NCBI GenBank assembly: GCA_013115125.1
Contig: JABANN010000209.1
Location: forward strand, 1-52,826
Direction: 5' to 3'
From: Perkinsus olseni
Lineage: Eukaryota
Length of the DNA stretch: 52,826 bases
Shown here: positions 47,534 to 52,826 of the stretch, one piece after another
Layout of the letters: the number at the start of each line of letters is the position of its first letter
Position numbering within the stretch: position 1 is the stretch's first letter
Program-made: the position numbers and the translations under genes
Notes under the pieces: generated by a model
Databases searched by the model: none
The model's input: the letters and a program-made list of their open reading frames with translations, nothing else
What the model was told of the DNA's origin: nothing

Positions 47534-49630
47534 TCAGCCTTTCTCAGAAGTCTTAATGAGCATACCAGTATTATCTTCTCTCGTCAGCAGCAACTCACTC
47601 CCACTTCTCCACACCAGCCTGCACCGCCACTCGTCGACATCTCGCCCCGGTTCGATGCGCTGTAGCTGTCGCGTGAGAACAAACTTCCCAGCGAAGCCGA
47701 GTATTCCACCAAAAAAACCCGTCGAGCCGCACTGCCACACCCGCAGGGTGGCATCCTGTGCAGAATAGGATGCCAACTGAGTCCCTGCCGGGTCGAACGC
47801 AGTGGCCGAGACGTCCCCTCGGTGGCCTTCCAGCACCCGCCACTTGGTTGCCGTGCGCAAGTCGTAGACGATAATGGTGGAGTTCTTAGCAACAGCGAAG
47901 CGTTGCGTCGGCTGATCGAAGGAGGTGTTCGGGAAAGTCTTGACCATCTCGTGAAGGGCGGTGGTGGCTGGTATAAGGCAGTTTCTTCGGCGAAGCGGAA
48001 AGACTGGGTCTAAACACCGCAGTACCGCAGCTTCCGCGAACTCCGGTACACAATGTCGAAGTCGTCGTGGATGCTTGTGTAGCAGCGACACCAGCACGAG
48101 CACCGCTGTTGTGCCATCATCCCCCTCGACCGCGAGATCAGAGAACGTGCTGATGAAGCCCAGAGGGTCGTGCAAGCCACCCCGGAGCAGCACTTGAAGG
48201 GCCATGCTAGCCTTTCTGGGTTCATGAGCGTACACTCGGTAGGTATCCACAAGCATCGATCTTCGCCGCTCGGGCTTCCACACCCGGGCCACCAGCCTCG
48301 TATAGCCACGTATCAGCGTCTCGGCAGCCGCAGCGTCTCCCTCGCTCAGGACAGCTTGTAAAAGACGATGACCAACCTCGGCTGCCTTCTGATCATCGCG
48401 GAGCAATTCCCCGAATATAGTCGGCGCCACATCAGCGCATACTCCGAGAAAGTAAATACACTTCATATCACTGAAGTCGAGGGAGACCCTCCGGGACAGC
48501 GACATCACCGCTTCACGACACTCATCACAGTGGTCCATGACATCAAACTCGAGGATCCTCAGAAGCATTCTGAGGTCTCCAAGCACTGCGGCGGATTCTC
48601 TCTGACCAGCCTCACCAACCACCGCCTCTTCACACAACCAGACGACGTCCACGAAATACGGACACATGCGAGGGCCGTAGAGCAGGAAGTCGATGATCGC
48701 GTTGTACGACATGTGAGCCTTCGGTCTCAGCGAGCTGCAGCTGGTCCTCGGCTCCGTCACTCGCCTCGGGAAGCTACTCGTTTCGGACCTCCGCAGACGT
48801 CGCTGAGAGCCTCTCTGCCGTCTCTCCTTCTCGGACCGATAACTGTCTCTCAGCCCCAAAGGGCTCTTAGGATGCACCGTGAGTCGTCGGGCCAGCTCTG
48901 GCTTCTTGCCTGCAGTGCTGGCTAGGTTAGCCTCGACAGCCTCCCGGGGCTCGCGGTCAGCAGGAGCATCATGAACCCCACTCTCGACGGTGGACCATCC
49001 CTCCGCACTTCGCAGGCCAGCGTAGCAACACTTCTCCGCGAGCAACCCATTGATGGTAGCTTCCTCGTTCAGACTGCGCATCGACCTCATACCGGCACCC
49101 GGTACGGCCGCAGTGAGCTCGAAGCCGTTCGCTTCTGTTAGTGTGAGTGTGAAGGCGCCAGCGGTCATGGTAGGAGGACCGAGGTACCTGCACAACCGAC
49201 GGTCATCCAATACGATTGGGGGCCCTGGGAAGACCTCGAGCGTTCAAATTCGACACGGATCCAGCAAGTCAGCAAGAAATACGGCGAGGCGGCGGGCACC
49301 GGGGAGACACTCAGCCAGACTCCCCACCTGTCCATCCCTCTCGGCCAATCATTCTCACTCTCCCACTGCCAGTCTCTCTCCCCAGTAGCCACCACCCATG
49401 CCTCGCTGTACACCGGATGGCTTCGATCCACCTCAGCGTCGGTGCTACGCCAGGAACAGCTAAACACGACTGATTGGAACTCGTCCGCTACGTCGTGGTC
49501 GTCCGAGGCCCTGACAGCGGTACGGTCGAGTGCGACGCCGTGACGTGGAAGGAAGATCTCACCTAGTGTCAGAAAATGAATCCACAGTGGAGTGGTCCAT
49601 GAGGGGCAGCAGCTCCACCACAACGCCAAA
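47534..49630 (-). CDS. WDR7/rabconnectin-3 beta-like WD40 protein, C-terminal portion
   Basis: A 558-aa ORF ends RCLDP...RRNCL...TFPNTSFDQPTQRFAVA..IIVYDLRTATKWRVLEGH...LASYSAQDATLRVW, typical of the WDR7-family C-terminus. The 5' end is unresolved. Confidence 0.7.
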
Positions 49631-51008
49631 GTTCATGCCCAGAGTGTAGCTCGAGCTCTGCAGTCTAAGAGAGGACGGGCTGAGGTGCTATTTTGCATTC
49701 GTTGTGAAAGTTTTGGTATGGTCAACTTCGATATGGAGAAGAATCTCCTGTTATCGATCCAGGAGTGAAGCACTTTCCAACCACGAGTCAATGACGTATC
49801 TCCGGCGAAAATCAGGAGCATGTGGATTATCCAAGACTTTACGGTATGGATGAAATGTCGATAATGAGAACAATATCCGCATAGTTGATACTAACTCGGT
49901 ATATTGGTTAATACATTCATCGGCTGGATGAGCAGTGGTGAACTAATCCCTTTTGGGAAGGTACGTCGGTGATGCTAGGGTAACCAAGCTGTACTATCGG
50001 CAGTTTGAACTCGCACACACTGTGAATTGATGCCCGACAGCTCAACAGGAGTACTCAATTCACACACACCAATACGGCACACTGGTATAGTATATGGCAT
50101 GAGTATCATGAAAATACAGTGTGTTCGATTGTGATAGTCCGAAACGAAAAAAGCGCATAACTTCTCGAAAATGCACAATTTTACAACCAAACTTTTACAA
50201 AACGAGGCTGAGTAGTTAAAATCTGACCAGATCATTTTTAACAACATATCGATCACCGTTTCACTTCTAGGACGCGCGAGAGTGATAGACCTATCGCGTG
50301 CTGTCCCAATTTGATACTCATAGTATACCTAATCCTTTACATTCAAGCATCTCATACGTGCCATCGGTTCTGTTTACGACGCAAACTTCGTGTAGAATAT
50401 CATCTTTGGTTCACTCTCACTTTTAAGTTACACGTCTAGTCCTGGAACAGTTTGCAGGTGTTAGAAAAACTGTGGGGGATAAGTACCCCTGCCTTCCGTC
50501 ACGAGATTCATAAAACCGCCGAGCGCCGGCCTAGTGGTATCGAGTCAACGTAGGGACAGCAGTCCGCTCGCGGTAGCGCACGCCCTCCACGCGAGACGAG
50601 ACACGCCCTCATCGCTGCGAACTGCGGGCTCTGTATTCCGTATCACGTACGCACTACGGGTTCCTCGATCTTGCTAGCTCATCCGGTGAGGCAAGAAACA
50701 AGCTACCTCTCGTTTAGCTATAAACGCTGCACACCGAGCCCCATGTTAATATGGACGTCTGCTCGTGCGTGTTCCTTGAGGACCCTCTGCTGCCTGACCG
50801 GGCGAAGCACCACGTCCTTTCAGAACAGCTTCGCTCGGCATAGATGGGAAAACCTACTCCCGAGCGGATAGACCAGTGGAGGAGACGATGACCAGTAGCC
50901 AGTGCCTGCCACCGCGTTGTTGCGCTCGGGTGCCGCGAGCCATGTGGCTTTGTGACGACCCTGGAACTCCCGGCTGATGCTCCGGTGAAGCAGTTGTGAT
51001 CATATTAA

Positions 51009-52091
51009 GTGACCCTATTCGCCCCGATCATCCTCGGCTTCACCCTAGTGCTCGTCATATGCTGCGCCGAGAAGCTGGTCAGGCTAGCCATCTCGCCTAT
51101 CGCTGAGGAGACTCATGCGGTGGCGTCCCTCATGACCCAGCTCAAGGTCGACGGTCAAGACGTCTACGCCTTAGTGGACGCAGGCTCACCCTACACGTTC
51201 TTCGTATCCAAGCACTGGTACGAGGGTACTCGTTCAGGAGACTGCAAGGAAATCGTCTCCAAGTGCTACGAGTGCCGTCCGGAAGCCTGTCAAGAAGGCC
51301 CCGTGAGAAGTATCCGATACTCAGATAAAACGACGGTTACCATGTTCGAACACTCCGGCGAGATAAACTTTGGCAGGGTTACTGCAAGCGGTATCGAATT
51401 CTATCTGATGACTGAGTGCAACCGGGTCCCTTTCGCCAGTCTCGGCCTCTCGCCCCCTGACCCTATCTACGGGTCATACCTTCCCACAATCCAGCAGCTA
51501 CTAGATCGGCCTAGATCGCAGAGGCTCATCAAGCGCAATGCATTCTCGGTGTACCTCCGTGGTGGAGATCGCCCGACTGGCGAACTCATACTTGGTGGTC
51601 AGGATAAAAGCAAATACCGAGGTCCTCTGGAGTATGTGACGATTGTCGACAAGGCTTTCCCGAAGATAGTCCTCTGGGGCGTGGAGATTGGTACCACATT
51701 TTACCCAATCAAGGGCAACAACGAAGCCTCTATTGACACAGGCACCAACACTTTGACGATGCCCAAGAGCTTCCAGGCGGTTGTCATGCATTTGCTCCGC
51801 ACGAGTGGTGAGAGGCCAGTAAACATAACGGAAGCCTTCGGAATGTATAAAATCTCATGCGGAGACGCTGAGTACTTGCCATCGATTAGCTTTCTCATGA
51901 GAGGGTCAAAAGGCAAACTGCTGTCCCTGCGAGTGAAACCGTCCACTTACGTGTCTGAGGAGACTGAGGGGCGCTGCATCTTGGCCATCCTTTCCGACGG
52001 GCCGTGGACGATCGGACTGCCCGCATTAATCGGCCGATATTTCCTATACGATTGGGAGAAATCACGCATCGGCATCGCAAAGGTGAAGTGA
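51009..52091 (+). CDS. Pepsin-like (A1) aspartic protease, intronless
   Basis: Signal-like N-terminus, LVDAGS and IDTGT catalytic motifs, GELILGG, and WTIGLPALIGRYFLYDWEKSRIGIA. The ORF opens with GTG right after a TAA. Confidence 0.85.
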   Translation: MTLFAPIILGFTLVLVICCAEKLVRLAISPIAEETHAVASLMTQLKVDGQDVYALVDAGSPYTFFVSKHWYEGTRSGDCKEIVSKCYECRPEACQEGPVRSIRYSDKTTVTMFEHSGEINFGRVTASGIEFYLMTECNRVPFASLGLSPPDPIYGSYLPTIQQLLDRPRSQRLIKRNAFSVYLRGGDRPTGELILGGQDKSKYRGPLEYVTIVDKAFPKIVLWGVEIGTTFYPIKGNNEASIDTGTNTLTMPKSFQAVVMHLLRTSGERPVNITEAFGMYKISCGDAEYLPSISFLMRGSKGKLLSLRVKPSTYVSEETEGRCILAILSDGPWTIGLPALIGRYFLYDWEKSRIGIAKVK

Positions 52092-52826
52092 CAGCCGCTC
52101 CAAAAAGGTCCATTAAGGCCTCTTTGGGACTTCATGCACTCACTGTTGTAATTCTTGTTGTAACTTCTCGCCCAGCGCTTCGAGTTGCAAGAGTTGTTGA
52201 CCAGGGATGGGGCAAGTAGCAACACCCCAGGCCCTTACAAGACGCCTCACGGCCAAGAGGTGGTGTCTCGTAAAGAACGTTCAGGTCCCGATGCTTTGAC
52301 ATCTTCAATCACGTTTTTCAGGTACGTGCCTTCGTTAGGGGTGCGCAGCCCAGTCCGCAGTATTCTTTCGTCCTCCGCCGCTCCGCAGTGCTCAGGAACA
52401 TAGCGGTTCTACTGACCATGCGATCACCCGCAGCGCCTCCGGGTAGATGTCGAGTTCACATGTAGACAGACTGTCGACGACAGTGGGAATGCTCAGTGTC
52501 ATGAAGGAGCCCTTCAGAAGGGTGTTTCAAAATTCCGCGAACAACTTAAGGCCTTGTAATTCCGAAGCCGAAGTTTTCAGTACGGCTAATATTATTAAAC
52601 GCTGCCACAAAATGATTCCACATCGCATTTTTGCCATTCTTAACGATTGGGAGTTTGAGACTTAGTATATGAGATAAAAAGACCTTCACAAAGCTTTCTC
52701 ACAAGAGTTCAAGAGTACTCACGAAATTTTGAAGCGTCCTCCTCAGTACGGTCAATACACCCCTCCACAAATTCTTAGCATATCCGGTTTTTCGACTCGT
52801 GCACTGCCACCTGGACGAGTACGGAA

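Overview
This is eukaryotic, intron-rich protist DNA, most consistent with a perkinsid alveolate (Perkinsus-like). Support: short GT-AG introns, two copies of the dinoflagellate/perkinsid spliced-leader (SL) 22-mer, and expanded secreted protease families. Positions 1-13.8 kb are accessory: degenerate LTR-retrotransposon remnants, a TG...CA solo-LTR-like family, tandem repeats at assembly gaps, a small acidic secreted protein and three paralogs of an uncharacterised secreted protein. Positions 13.9-21.5 kb hold a multi-exon CFAP57/WDR65-like gene (+). Positions 22-41.5 kb form a packed minus-strand cluster: PDK1-like kinase, two NHP2 paralogs, a DUF4954-like protein, a frameshifted cathepsin B, an MTH1187/ECM15-like protein and a multi-KH RNA-binding protein. 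A PIF1/Helitron remnant interrupts this cluster. Positions 43-52 kb contain a second unknown paralog pair, a hAT MITE, two pepsin-like aspartic proteases and the C-terminal part of a WDR7-like gene. Three signals stand out. (1) Two solitary SL copies share an upstream motif, and one has an intact GT donor just upstream of cathepsin B. (2) Short tRNA-derived B-box modules recur in introns and 5' flanks of the RNA-processing genes. (3) A 33-bp hAT element has a perfect 8-bp target-site duplication. All family calls are from motif recognition by eye; no database searches were run, and boundaries of multi-exon genes are approximate.
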